Part shown: positions 10,157 through 20,095 of the stretch, in pieces
How the letters are laid out: every line of letters begins with the position of its first letter
How positions within the stretch are numbered: position 1 is the stretch's first letter
Origin: a virus
Taxonomy: Duplodnaviria > Caudoviricetes
Reading direction: 5' to 3' (one strand)
Virus record (IMG/VR): IMGVR_UViG_3300027983_000019
Span: 1 to 58,109 of that record
Length of the DNA: 58,109 nucleotides
Notes under the pieces: model-generated
Seen by the model: the letters and a program-made list of their open reading frames with translations, nothing else
What the model was told of the DNA's origin: nothing
The model's database searches: none
Translations under genes and position numbers: made by a program

Positions 10157-10738
10157 ATGAAAAAAGTAGGTCTATATTTCGGGTCATTTAGCCCAATCCA
10201 CCATGGTCATCTTATCGTGGCAGACACGTTGTTGGGTATTTCTGACTTGGATGAAGTTTGGTTCGTCATAACACCAAAAAGTCCTGACAAGACAGATATA
10301 GACCTACTTTGCCATAATAAAAGATATGATATGTTAGAAAAAGTTATCGAAGATAACCCAAAACTACAGATATCAACAATTGAGTTTGACATGGAACAAC
10401 CCAACTACACACATAAAACGTTAGAAAAACTGAGGTTAAACAACCCAACAAATGAATTTGTTGTAATCATGGGGAGTGATAATGTTAACAATTTACAACA
10501 ATGGGTTGGTATAGATGAATGGAGACATCACCATAAGTTATATGTGGTTGAAAGACCATTAAATTATTTAGAACATGGTTCATTAATGTGGTATGGTCAA
10601 GGTAATTATAAAATTTTCGAAATTCCTCAGATAAACATTTCATCCACTATGATACGTGGGAATATTAAGAGTGGTAAATCAATAAAGTATTTGGTTCCCA
10701 ACAACATTATTAATGACATCACTAAAAACTATGGTTAA
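10157..10738 (+). CDS. nadD: Nicotinate-nucleotide adenylyltransferase
   Basis: GLYFGSFSPIHHGH (HxGH), MGSDN and ISSTMIR motifs. Confidence 0.9.
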   Translation: MKKVGLYFGSFSPIHHGHLIVADTLLGISDLDEVWFVITPKSPDKTDIDLLCHNKRYDMLEKVIEDNPKLQISTIEFDMEQPNYTHKTLEKLRLNNPTNEFVVIMGSDNVNNLQQWVGIDEWRHHHKLYVVERPLNYLEHGSLMWYGQGNYKIFEIPQINISSTMIRGNIKSGKSIKYLVPNNIINDITKNYG

Positions 10739-11093
10739 TCGATTCACAACATTTTTAAAAAACTTAACCTTCGTCGTAAGACCAAGGTATTGGTTGATGA
10801 ATTATCAATATAGTAAATCATGGGATATTAAACTAAATAAGTTATTAGATGAACACACATTTACAATAATAGGCCGACACACTGCTAAATTAGGTCCTAT
10901 TGATTTATGGATATCTAATTACCCATACGGTTCATACAGAAACCCATCGTACATTTGTAGACCATCGAGATTAACAATAATAAGATGTTGTAAAAAGTTA
11001 AAAAAGGACCAATACAATATAAATAACCCACCAAAAATCAATAAAATATCACCTAAAAAATATATAATCAGTTTTAAATTCGTTAACACATGA
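10713..11093 (+). CDS. Hypothetical protein
   Basis: ORF in the same operon; may start at an internal Met. Confidence 0.6.
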   Translation: MTSLKTMVNRFTTFLKNLTFVVRPRYWLMNYQYSKSWDIKLNKLLDEHTFTIIGRHTAKLGPIDLWISNYPYGSYRNPSYICRPSRLTIIRCCKKLKKDQYNINNPPKINKISPKKYIISFKFVNT

Positions 11094-11281
11094 TACCAAA
11101 CAAACACATAAAAAGACATAAACTAGTAGAACCAAAATGGGAAACAATAAACAACAACTACCTTAACAATCTTGAAGCTTTTAGACAAATATATCTTAAT
11201 AGTGCATATGGTACTACTAATTCAAATAGGTTTATTACTTGTGATATTGTGGTTAGTGGTTCAACAAGCTATAACCTATGA
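11090..11281 (+). CDS. Small protein containing a family-B DNA polymerase motif-B-like segment
   Basis: RQIYLNSAYG resembles KxxxNSxYG. Confidence 0.5.
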   Translation: MIPNKHIKRHKLVEPKWETINNNYLNNLEAFRQIYLNSAYGTTNSNRFITCDIVVSGSTSYNL

Positions 11282-11628
11282 GATTAATTATAGCTGGTGG
11301 TAGATACTTTATGGATTATAACCTAATGAAAAAAAAGTTAGATATAATCCTTTCTAATGTTGTTGAAGATATTGAGATAGTTTCGGGAATGGCGAATGGG
11401 GCTGATACGCTAGGTTTGAGATACGCTAGTGAAAATAAATTATTTGTTAAGGAATTTTATGCAGAATGGGGTAAACATGGTAAAAAGGCTGGACCCATAA
11501 GAAACAAGGAAATGGCTGAATACGCCACACATTGTGTTTGTTTTTGGGATGGGGTAAGTCGTGGTACTGAAAATATGATTAGTTTATCTAAAAAATATGG
11601 GTTAATTCTTATAGTGGTTAATTATTAA
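11278..11628 (+). CDS. SLOG-family (DUF2493/YspA-like) protein
   Basis: IIAGGR, IVSGMANGAD, AGPIRNKEM and FWDGVSRGT motifs. Confidence 0.85.
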   Translation: MRLIIAGGRYFMDYNLMKKKLDIILSNVVEDIEIVSGMANGADTLGLRYASENKLFVKEFYAEWGKHGKKAGPIRNKEMAEYATHCVCFWDGVSRGTENMISLSKKYGLILIVVNY

Positions 11629-11667
11629 CCCATATTTTTTTGATATTCATAATTATAAATGGTTTAC

Positions 11668-11769
11668 TTATCTAGTCCCTTTATTCCATACACCTCATCC
11701 AACAAATATTAAGTTTTGAAAATAATATCCGTAGGTATGAGTCCCGTTATTCCATATGCTTTATCCAAC
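11668..11769 (-). CRISPR. CRISPR-like mini-array: 2 x 36-bp repeats, one 30-bp spacer
   Basis: Repeats 11734-11769 (in the CDS) and 11668-11703 (same divergent ACTAGATAA end as 403-438). Confidence 0.55.
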
Positions 11770-12050
11770 CATATGGTTGTAACTTCCTGAATTTTATTAT
11801 AATTAATCCCAAAACGGGACCCCAAAAGTGACCATATTTCATCATATTTAATATAACAATTCCCATTTTCTTCATCCCGATAATAAAAAAACAATTTTTC
11901 ATAATTATCATCAACATAATATATTTTATCACCCCTAACAACCGGTGTCAAATCACTAAAATTATCAATTAACCACGAAAGTGGGGTTTCGACATCATTG
12001 ACCCAATCGAAGTTATCAATTTCTTCCTTTATTATTTTTCTAATATCCAT
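11709..12050 (-). CDS. Array-associated small protein paralog
   Basis: MDIRKIIKEEIDNFDW...WLDKAYGITGLIP-TDIIFKT; start at 12050 after TATTTATA. Confidence 0.9.
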   Translation of the reverse strand: MDIRKIIKEEIDNFDWVNDVETPLSWLIDNFSDLTPVVRGDKIYYVDDNYEKLFFYYRDEENGNCYIKYDEIWSLLGSRFGINYNKIQEVTTIWLDKAYGITGLIPTDIIFKT

Positions 12051-12064
12051 GTTTATAAATAGTT

Positions 12065-12433
12065 TTAATCCTCCCAATACACAAATTCTCGAAGTTGGCC
12101 AACCCATAGTGTTGGGTGTCCTGTTATCCCATATACTTTATCCAACCATATGGTTGTAACTTCCTCAACTTCACCGGTGTTAAGACCGAAATAAGTCAAC
12201 AAAACACCCCATATTACCTCATAATCAATAAATAATATACTACCTTCTTCATTTTTATTATAATAAAAAAACGCTTCTTTTTTATCATCAACATAAAAGG
12301 TTTCGTCACCCTTAACAACCGGTGTCAAATCACCAAAATTATTGATTAACCACGAAAGTGGGGTTTCAATACCCGATTGGTCAATCCAATCGAAGTTATC
12401 AATTTCTTCTTTTATTATTTTTCTAATGTTCAT
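12065..12433 (-). CDS. Array-associated small protein paralog
   Basis: MNIRKIIKEEIDNFDW...WLDKVYGITGHPT; embedded repeat at 12111-12146 reads GTTGG...CCAAC. Confidence 0.9.
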   Translation of the reverse strand: MNIRKIIKEEIDNFDWIDQSGIETPLSWLINNFGDLTPVVKGDETFYVDDKKEAFFYYNKNEEGSILFIDYEVIWGVLLTYFGLNTGEVEEVTTIWLDKVYGITGHPTLWVGQLREFVYWED

Positions 12434-12492
12434 AATTATAAATAGTTTACGGCATTAAAAACCCCCGTTAATATTAACGGGGGTTAGTGTTG

Positions 12493-12894
12493 TGGACCTA
12501 GAGGGCTTCGAACCCCTCGTGTTGCCCAATATTCAATAAGTCTTCTACATGTTTATTCTATTTTTCTAAATAGACAAAATACAGAGTTCCCTTATTACTG
12601 TTCGGTTTACTCAGAACTAATCTTCAGTCATCTCTTTTTATGGTAGTGATTACACCTTGTTTCCGATTCTGTGTGACTTTACGTTTTACCCCTATCGGTT
12701 GTCAGGTTGTAAAGGTATTCAACATAGTCTAACTACGCTGTTACTGCTACACCATCAGTAACAAAGTTACCAACAGTTGCATCTGCTAAAATGTCTCCAT
12801 TTAAAATTGTGATACGATTAATTAACGTGACTATTATCATCTCACGACATGCTTACACTGTACATCTTATTGACAGTCAATTCCATTTAGGCCC
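12493..12894 (-). ncRNA. ssrA: tmRNA; predicted tag GDILADATVGNFVTDGVAVTA*
   Basis: 5' GGGCCTA...GGAATTGAC, 3' T-arm GGTTCGAAGCC and acceptor with a G3-U70 pair; internal tag frame 12733-12798; terminator downstream at about 12457-12486. Confidence 0.85.
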
Positions 12895-12911
12895 ATAAAT
12901 CAAAGAACAAA

Positions 12912-12996
12912 TGGGAAAAATCAAGATTCGAACTTGCTTAGTGTGGTCCTCTCTAGTTGGGTCGTTCCACGAATTGGTTTCTCATACCTTTTCCCC
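12912..12996 (-). ncRNA. tRNA-like RNA without a canonical anticodon arm
   Basis: Acceptor GGGAAAA/TTTTCCC and T-arm CAAG-TTCGAAT-CTTG; lies between a promoter and tmRNA. Confidence 0.5.
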
Positions 12997-13048
12997 GTTA
13001 CTTGATACAAATATATGTATTAATATTTGATTAAACAAGCGGGTTGGT

Positions 13049-13249
13049 TCAATTAAACGCCTCTTGAGCTAATTTAGTTGCTTTATCCTCTAAAATTTTC
13101 ATCTCAGATTTTAATTCAATAATTTTAGCTTGGTCACCATCTTGTGGTGTGATGTTTGTTTCTAACTCTCTTACTTGTGTTGCTTTTCTAGCGTGGTCTC
13201 CCAATAACTGGTCATACAATGCTGCCTTTTCTTTTGTCGTTAAACTCAT
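13049..13249 (-). CDS. Small coiled-coil protein
   Basis: 66-aa ORF. Confidence 0.65.
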   Translation of the reverse strand: MSLTTKEKAALYDQLLGDHARKATQVRELETNITPQDGDQAKIIELKSEMKILEDKATKLAQEAFN

Positions 13250-13312
13250 ATCTATATATTTTTATTTTCTTTAAAGATATTATTAAATACTTATAAGTAA
13301 ATACATAGAATT

Positions 13313-13525
13313 ATGGGAATGGATGTAATAGTGGGTTTATTTATCATGTTAGCGTTAGGTAATTTAATCATTATCTTAGTTTTAATAAATAAAATGAGTG
13401 AATTAACCAACGTGATTAAACAGAATAGTATGGTGTTAGATAGTAACAACATTAATATGAAAATGATAACTAAAATTTTAGAGGGTGTGTATAGTAAAAT
13501 TAAATCCCCTATTAATTTTAATTAG
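13313..13525 (+). CDS. Small membrane-anchored protein
   Basis: N-terminal TM segment. Confidence 0.55.
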   Translation: MGMDVIVGLFIMLALGNLIIILVLINKMSELTNVIKQNSMVLDSNNINMKMITKILEGVYSKIKSPINFN

Positions 13526-13932
13526 TGTCTGTTAGGAAACCTAAATCAAAAGTTAAATTAACTTTAAGGGAAGAGAACACCCTAAAAGAATGTAAAAAAC
13601 TTATCCGAGATAATCCAAAAATTAAAAGAAAGAAGTTGGATAAAATGAAGGATTTAGATAAAAGGTTGTATTATATAAAAGTGTGGGTGATTACTGAAAG
13701 TCAACCAATACACACATTAAGAAATTCCAAAAAAAGATGTTGGAGAGGTACTGGGTGTTATCACCTGGACCACATTGTTAGTATAAGTTATGGATTTTTG
13801 AATAAATTACCCCCTGAAAAAATTGGTAGTATGGATAACTTAAGATTTTTACATTGGACTAAGAATATTAAAAAAGGGAGTACGATGACTGAAGCTAGTC
13901 ACCGTACATTAAGAAGACTTAAACGAGATTAA
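13525..13932 (+). CDS. HNH-like protein
   Basis: YHLDHIVS...NLRFL...N..K pattern. Confidence 0.6.
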   Translation: MSVRKPKSKVKLTLREENTLKECKKLIRDNPKIKRKKLDKMKDLDKRLYYIKVWVITESQPIHTLRNSKKRCWRGTGCYHLDHIVSISYGFLNKLPPEKIGSMDNLRFLHWTKNIKKGSTMTEASHRTLRRLKRD

Positions 13933-14336
13933 TATTCATCATCAGTTTGTTCGTAATTTATTAATTCATCCTCTGTGGGTCTAACAAATGGTTCCTTACA
14001 TACAAAGGCTTCGTAATAATTGTGAGCCACAATTACCTCATAGTGTGGGTGTGAACCATCATCGTCTTGCCATTTTAAAGCAATAACGGTTGTTCCACCA
14101 CTACTTATTCTTGTTCTCCAATATTGGCTGTCGGGGTTGTTTTCAAAGTATGTTAAACATTTGTCTACCCATAGGTTAATATCTTCGTTAGAAGCTGTAG
14201 AACCACTAAACTTAAAGTAGTCATTCATAATTTCATTACTATCTTCTCTAATAATAAATTTACCATCTGGATAGATTGGTCTACCCATTTTTTCATGTTT
14301 GGTTGGTGTGAATTTGTGTCTAATTTCTGTATTCAT
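13929..14336 (-). CDS. Hypothetical protein
   Basis: 135-aa ORF. Confidence 0.7.
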   Translation of the reverse strand: MNTEIRHKFTPTKHEKMGRPIYPDGKFIIREDSNEIMNDYFKFSGSTASNEDINLWVDKCLTYFENNPDSQYWRTRISSGGTTVIALKWQDDDGSHPHYEVIVAHNYYEAFVCKEPFVRPTEDELINYEQTDDEY

Positions 14337-14737
14337 AGGTCTAAATGTTTTTTTGCGTTTTCTAAATAGGATTTGATGTTTCTTCGACCCACGGGGTTAG
14401 CTGAATGTACTTGATATTCAGGTAATTTTAACCCATTATCATCACAATACGTAACTAAAAATTTAGCTGAATCCAAACCCGTTTCCTCAACACCCAATTC
14501 TTCAGTTGTATAACCATCCCAATCATTAAAATCCATATCATAGTGGATATCAGCCAAATCATGGTCAAAGGATACATGTGTTGGTACCCCATTTTTTTTA
14601 ACCCATGTAACGAAATCCCGATGTGTTTTAACCACATCCCATTCATCATTAAAGTATAACCTAGCCCAATCTTGTACTAAGTGACAAGCATCTTTGGGTT
14701 GTCTCATATCATCCAGGAAAAGTTTTTTATCTATCAT
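14333..14737 (-). CDS. Cyclic-phosphate-processing receiver-domain protein (RNA-repair associated)
   Basis: LFLDDMR, VSFDHDL, ETGLD and VHSANPVG motifs. Confidence 0.8.
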   Translation of the reverse strand: MIDKKLFLDDMRQPKDACHLVQDWARLYFNDEWDVVKTHRDFVTWVKKNGVPTHVSFDHDLADIHYDMDFNDWDGYTTEELGVEETGLDSAKFLVTYCDDNGLKLPEYQVHSANPVGRRNIKSYLENAKKHLDL

Positions 14738-14917
14738 ACAACAAATATAGTAAAATATTTACAATAAACAAAGTAAATATATATTTAAGAGTATAATGGT
14801 TAACACCATCTTTTAAGTGGTCAGAGAACTACTCTGTTGAGTTATCTAATTTTTATATGAATTAGGTTACAATATCATTTGAAGGATACTAATAACAAAA
14901 GTAAAAATTAATTAATT

Positions 14918-15643
14918 ATGTCAAAAACAGAAATGCCTAGTGCTCACATCACAGTGAACTCTGGAAGAAAAAAAGTAAAAGAAGTTAACAATGTTTATCT
15001 TAACAATGGTCAGGAATTCGAAATCGAATTATTTAACCCAACAACCAATATTGTATTAACAAAAATCAAAATAAATAACAATTCAATTTCTAGTGGTGGT
15101 ATCATATTAAGACCAGGTGAAAGAATATACCTAGAAAGATATATTGACACACCAAAAAAGTTCTTATTTGATACATATGAGGTTGGTGGTGGTTCTTCCG
15201 AACAAAAGGCTATACTAAAAAACGGTTTGATTGAGGTTGAGTTTTTTAATGAGGATATCTCCCAATATTCATTAAAAAACTCAACAACTATTATTCGTAA
15301 TTACAATACATATAATTCACCATATTTAAATCAAACAACCCCATATTGTGCTAATAATAACTTACAGGGCTCTTCAATTAACACAATGATGGGTATTGGT
15401 AGTACTAATTCCCTTTCTGTGGAAACAGGTCGGGTTGAACAGGGTTCTAATTCAAACCAAACATTTGAAACACTTGATAAAAAATTTTTCTCATTTTCTT
15501 TTGAAAAAGTTATCTACCACCTTAAACCAACATCGACAGAACCAAAAACAACAACAGAGGTACTAACAAAGTATTGTACCGAATGTGGTAAAAAAGCCAA
15601 ACCATCTAATAAATTTTGTTCTAACTGTGGAACAAAACTATAA
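14918..15643 (+). CDS. Hypothetical protein with a C-terminal zinc ribbon
   Basis: YCTECG...FCSNCG. Confidence 0.75.
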   Translation: MSKTEMPSAHITVNSGRKKVKEVNNVYLNNGQEFEIELFNPTTNIVLTKIKINNNSISSGGIILRPGERIYLERYIDTPKKFLFDTYEVGGGSSEQKAILKNGLIEVEFFNEDISQYSLKNSTTIIRNYNTYNSPYLNQTTPYCANNNLQGSSINTMMGIGSTNSLSVETGRVEQGSNSNQTFETLDKKFFSFSFEKVIYHLKPTSTEPKTTTEVLTKYCTECGKKAKPSNKFCSNCGTKL

Positions 15644-15697
15644 ATAATGAATGTTAACCATAAAGAAAAAGGGACCTATTAAGGTCCCTTTTTTGAT

Positions 15698-16150
15698 TTA
15701 CTCTGAATATCTAAAAGTTATGTTATTGTCGTTAGGGTTATCATCTAAACCCGTTTCCTCAACAATATCATATTCACCCCCATCATCTATGAAAATCTTC
15801 TTATACGATACCTCAACATCATCTATATATACATATAATTTGTAGTAATAATCTTTAGCTGACCATAAACCAAGTTCAACCATATCACCATCTTTCATTT
15901 CCCAATAATCATATTCCCATCTACGACTAACTGATGCGAATGATGGTGATGGAAAATGTTCCCCATAATTATACTCCGTTTGATAAACAGGTGTCACTGT
16001 TAACTCCAACCAATTAGTATACCCAAAATCAGGTGTTTGTATAAACTCGATTACATATTTAATTCTATGTAACCTTTCTTCTTTTTTACAAGAAATTAAT
16101 ACAATTGTTGTTAATATGATGAAAAATATTTTAGTTGTTAATCTTGTCAT
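15698..16150 (-). CDS. Putative lipoprotein
   Basis: IILTTIVLIS-CKKEE lipobox. Confidence 0.7.
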   Translation of the reverse strand: MTRLTTKIFFIILTTIVLISCKKEERLHRIKYVIEFIQTPDFGYTNWLELTVTPVYQTEYNYGEHFPSPSFASVSRRWEYDYWEMKDGDMVELGLWSAKDYYYKLYVYIDDVEVSYKKIFIDDGGEYDIVEETGLDDNPNDNNITFRYSE

Positions 16151-16204
16151 AATACATATTTATTGGGTTCCCTACAAATATACAATAATCATATTGAATG
16201 GCAA

Positions 16205-16396
16205 TAAAAAAAACCCACAGGTAATTAACCCATGGGTAGTGTTTTGTTGTAACCCAAACAAGGGACACTTACTTTTCGTTGAAGTGTCAAACGGGGTATT
16301 TGATATCGAGTTACCCCTCGACTAAATATTCCTCCAACTTAGTAAGGAACATAATTTCACTCCGTCGACTGAGTAAGGTACTATGTAACCTCTGAT
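16205..16396 (-). ncRNA. Unidentified structured ncRNA
   Basis: Own TATATTTG promoter (about 16398-16405), GC-richer paired segments, terminator at about 16205-16237, no credible ORF. Confidence 0.5.
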
Positions 16397-16449
16397 ACAA
16401 ATATAGTTATAATTCACTTACATGTCAAGTGTTTTATTGAAGATAATTA

Positions 16450-17205
16450 CTATTTTTCAAACCCATCGTCGATAATATATTCACGAAGTTCATTAATACC
16501 TAACATATTAAAAGTTATTGAACCAACCGTGGTGTATTGTGTATCGTGAAAATGCCCATAGTACCATTCTTCGATATGGTTATTTGGTTTTAAGATGTTA
16601 TACATTTCAGTAACCAAACTCCTCTCATAAACTAAATCACCACCCAAGTTAGGGTCATCAAACATGAATTGTTCTACGATGTATGGCCAATCACCATCAA
16701 CATCAACATTAATTGGTTTAACAAAATTAGGCGCTGTATGTGTTACAACGAGACTAATGTTTCTCATACCATCTAACTTTTCTCTATCTAAAACAAAAGG
16801 TTCATCTTCCCAGTAACATCGTTTTTCACTATTATATTTAATTTCATCCCTATTTGATTGTTTACGTGGTACTCTATCAATACTAATAGCTCCACCAACA
16901 CCCAAGATGTTTTTACCCTGAACATTAATAATTGTGTAATCGGGGTGTAACTTAAGGTTTTCGTATATGTGGTCACCATTAAAATAACTTGGGTCGTCGT
17001 GGTTGCCTCTAAAAACATGTAAGACACAACCTCTCTCACCGAAAAAATTATTTATCTCTTTTAATTTATTTAACTCGAAATCTGACCCAATAAACCCAAC
17101 ACCAAAGTCACCCACATGTATGAATTCACTATCCACTATTTTTCTATCTCTAATTAACATTTGTATGTAACGAAGATTTCCGTGTGTATCACCTATAAAG
17201 TACAT
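16450..17205 (-). CDS. Metallophosphoesterase (calcineurin-like)
   Basis: GDTHG, GDFG, GNHD, THTAP and GHFH motifs. Confidence 0.9.
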   Translation of the reverse strand: MYFIGDTHGNLRYIQMLIRDRKIVDSEFIHVGDFGVGFIGSDFELNKLKEINNFFGERGCVLHVFRGNHDDPSYFNGDHIYENLKLHPDYTIINVQGKNILGVGGAISIDRVPRKQSNRDEIKYNSEKRCYWEDEPFVLDREKLDGMRNISLVVTHTAPNFVKPINVDVDGDWPYIVEQFMFDDPNLGGDLVYERSLVTEMYNILKPNNHIEEWYYGHFHDTQYTTVGSITFNMLGINELREYIIDDGFEK

Positions 17206-17208
17206 AAT

Positions 17209-17682
17209 TTAATTTTTTAATAGGACATGGTCATATGTAATATAACTAAATCCCTCGTTTTTAATATTTTCTTTCTCAACCCAATTAATAGCATCAATAG
17301 TTGGAAATGTGGTGTCACCCTCAACCTCAATATGAATTTTGGTTAGGTGTATTCTATCAGCGAAATCGATTGCTCTTTTATAAATCTCACCACCACCGAT
17401 AATAAAAATATCTTTATCATTTCCAGCTTTTTTAATTGCCTTGGTTATACTATCCACAACTAAACACCCTTCAATGACTAAATCTTTATTCCTAGAAATA
17501 ACAATATTAAGTCTGTTTGGGAGTGGTTGTCCGATTGATTCATAGGTTTTTCGACCCATAATTACCACATTATCCGTTGTCAATCTCTTAAACCTTTTTA
17601 GGTCATCGGGTATGTACCAAGGCATTTTATTGTCAACACCTATTATACCATTATCCGAAACTGCTGCTATTAATGAAACCAT
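17209..17682 (-). CDS. folA: Dihydrofolate reductase
   Basis: MPWYIPDDLKRFK, IMGRKTYESI, LPNRLNIV, IIGGGEIY and GDTTFP motifs. Confidence 0.95.
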   Translation of the reverse strand: MVSLIAAVSDNGIIGVDNKMPWYIPDDLKRFKRLTTDNVVIMGRKTYESIGQPLPNRLNIVISRNKDLVIEGCLVVDSITKAIKKAGNDKDIFIIGGGEIYKRAIDFADRIHLTKIHIEVEGDTTFPTIDAINWVEKENIKNEGFSYITYDHVLLKN

Positions 17683-17747
17683 AATTCTTTTATTTTAAAT
17701 ATATAGATAAAAATAAAATAAAAAACCCCACATACGGGGTTTTTTTA

Positions 17748-18791
17748 TTAATATAAGTATTCTAACATACTTTGATGTACGTATACACCTTTTCTAATTT
17801 TAAATTTTCGGAATGTTTCATCACCGATATCAAGTGTGAAAGTATTTTCTGTTATATTTAATTCCACAATACTTCCATCAAGACCACTCATGTTGTCTCG
17901 AAGTCTAGACCCTTTATTGTAGTGTGGTAAGTAAATGTTTGTTTTTTCTTGGAAAAGTGTTTCCTTACCATTGATAACCTCAAACATATCCATTGGGTCA
18001 GTATTTTTAGTCACGTTGAATATCTCAAAGAATTCATTAGTAACAATACCATAAATGTTAGCTTCTTCAGCCATTGACTTAACGATATCAACCGTGATGT
18101 TTTTAAGTTCTTTTAGAATTTCAACTAATCCATGAATTAACTTAACGTCATCAACAGAATCTAACAAGACCTCATGAATATCCTCCATCGTTAGGTCACT
18201 AAATTCTTTTATGTAACGAATTCTAGATGGTCTAGAAATCATCGTGTCAGGTAAATTAACGGTGTTTGTTGTTAAGATAAACAATCTTTTATTTTTTGAT
18301 GTGAAAACACCATCCATAAGTGTTAATAAACTACCAACACTCTTTTTTTCACCATCATCATCATCACCATATGGACTTAATGAGTAAGTTTTTTCAAATT
18401 CATCGAATAAGATAATTATATCTTGGTTGATACTATTAATGAAACCACCCATGTTATCGAACGATTGATTAACTAAAATAGTTGGTAACTCTAACTCATT
18501 ACAAACTTGTTTTGCTAACACAGTTTTACCCGTACCCTTAAGACCTTTTAACAATACACCAAAATTCTTATTAAGTGATTTATAAGTTTGTGTAATTCTA
18601 GTGTTTAACCCCTTCTCAATACCATACACTTTTTCAGGTAATCCGAAACTATCAGATATGTGGGTTAGGAAAAACTCTTTTAGAAAAGCATCGAAACCTA
18701 ATTCATAAACACCTTTAGGTAATGTATTTGATACTGTTGGTAAATCTCCATAACTAAATCTACCGTTAGAATTGACCCATTGTTTACTCAT
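17748..18791 (-). CDS. AAA+ ATPase
   Basis: Walker A GLKGTGKT, Walker B ILFDEFEK, SRPSRI. Confidence 0.9.
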   Translation of the reverse strand: MSKQWVNSNGRFSYGDLPTVSNTLPKGVYELGFDAFLKEFFLTHISDSFGLPEKVYGIEKGLNTRITQTYKSLNKNFGVLLKGLKGTGKTVLAKQVCNELELPTILVNQSFDNMGGFINSINQDIIILFDEFEKTYSLSPYGDDDDGEKKSVGSLLTLMDGVFTSKNKRLFILTTNTVNLPDTMISRPSRIRYIKEFSDLTMEDIHEVLLDSVDDVKLIHGLVEILKELKNITVDIVKSMAEEANIYGIVTNEFFEIFNVTKNTDPMDMFEVINGKETLFQEKTNIYLPHYNKGSRLRDNMSGLDGSIVELNITENTFTLDIGDETFRKFKIRKGVYVHQSMLEYLY

Positions 18792-18919
18792 AATTTTTAT
18801 TTTTAATGATTAATATTGTTTTAGATTACAAACATAGGTATTTTTTTTCGTTAAAACAAGTAATACCCAATAAAAAAAAAGGTCCTTTTTAGGGGACCTT
18901 TGTCAAAACATTTGTTTTT

Positions 18920-19042
18920 GGATAAGGAAGGGAATTGAACCCTCCGATGAATCTTTTCGTGTCACAGTTTCTCAGCTGTTAACCTTATTGTGTGAAACCA
19001 ACCCATAATTCTATGGGTCGTGTATACTCTCCACCACTTATC
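18920..19042 (-). ncRNA. tRNA-like RNA with a 4-nt anticodon-position loop and enlarged variable region
   Basis: Acceptor GATAAG/CTTATC, D-like arm, ACCCATA-GAAT-TATGGGT hairpin, T-arm GAGGG-TTCAATT-CCCTT; terminator downstream. Confidence 0.5.
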
Positions 19043-19073
19043 TTACACTAAATATAGTTATAATACTTGGTAA

Positions 19074-19682
19074 TTACAAGCTTCCATCCAATGAATTTGG
19101 GTAATATAGTAATGTTGGGTTTGTTTTTTGTATTTCATGTTCAGGGAATACGTCTGTAAATTGTTTTGTATTAAACTTTTTGGTTATTAAATGGTATCCG
19201 TTTTTTGTTGGGATTGTTGCTTCGATTTTATCACCCTTTGGGTCTAATCCGTTTATATAATCACCTACCACATTAACTACACCTAAATCCAAAACATCTA
19301 TGTCCACTATCCATCTCTTCTCATTTGTTTTTACTTGACCTACCACACTATCAAACAAGTTTTGTTGACTATGTTGTTTATTTTTAATTCGTGTGGCCAA
19401 GGCACCCATCATATCTAAAGACACATCCATATGGTTTTGTTTTTGGATATGGATGTATATTCTAGCTTTAAACATTTCAGCTAATTGTTTTATCTCATCA
19501 TACCTTTTTTCTAGATAGTCTAAATTACTAACACAATATGTTTTAATTGTTCTAACCGATTGGTGTTTATCTTTTTCACCCTCTGGTTGGTCCTTTTTTC
19601 GTTTCATCACATATAACATGTAGAAATCACCTTCCTCAGTAAAATTTAATAATGGTTTTATTTTTTCTATATTATCAATCAT
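19074..19682 (-). CDS. Conserved phage protein, possibly AEP/prim-pol-like fold
   Basis: WIVDID...TKNGYHLIT resembles the DxD and GxH motifs. Confidence 0.55.
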   Translation of the reverse strand: MIDNIEKIKPLLNFTEEGDFYMLYVMKRKKDQPEGEKDKHQSVRTIKTYCVSNLDYLEKRYDEIKQLAEMFKARIYIHIQKQNHMDVSLDMMGALATRIKNKQHSQQNLFDSVVGQVKTNEKRWIVDIDVLDLGVVNVVGDYINGLDPKGDKIEATIPTKNGYHLITKKFNTKQFTDVFPEHEIQKTNPTLLYYPNSLDGSL

Positions 19683-19786
19683 TTTGTTTTTATTTTATGT
19701 TCCTCACTAAATACCTTACCTTTTTTAACGATAAATAGGTAAAAGTCAGTATAAAGTTTTTTATACTTTCTTTTACCTATTAAGTT

Positions 19787-20040
19787 ATGATGATGAGCTT
19801 ACCCGACTTTCTGCTAGCCATTAGACAGTCTCCACTGTTTTAATGGTTCGATACCATTTGTCTTAAATCCTCTTACCCGACTATAATTAGGCAACAATCA
19901 CCCTAAATCTGTTTGAGTTTCACCCTGGGAAGTGCGTACGGCCCCTTTATTGAACTTAATCACTTTGGTAGTTACCTCCTTCCGTATGTTGTGGTGTGTC
20001 GAAGTTTCTCTCCGTGGAGCGGCATCTTCTCTGTCATCAT
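19787..20040 (-). ncRNA. rnpB: Compact RNase P RNA
   Basis: P1 ATGATGA/TCATCAT, P2 GATGCC/GGTATC after AGACAAAT, P4 elements GAGAAACTTCGAC and CAGAAAGTCGGGTA; promoter upstream; rnpA present in the window. Confidence 0.65.
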
Positions 20041-20095
20041 GTAATTTATTTATAACTTATCTTTAACATTACAAATATAGTGAATATTTATTAGT

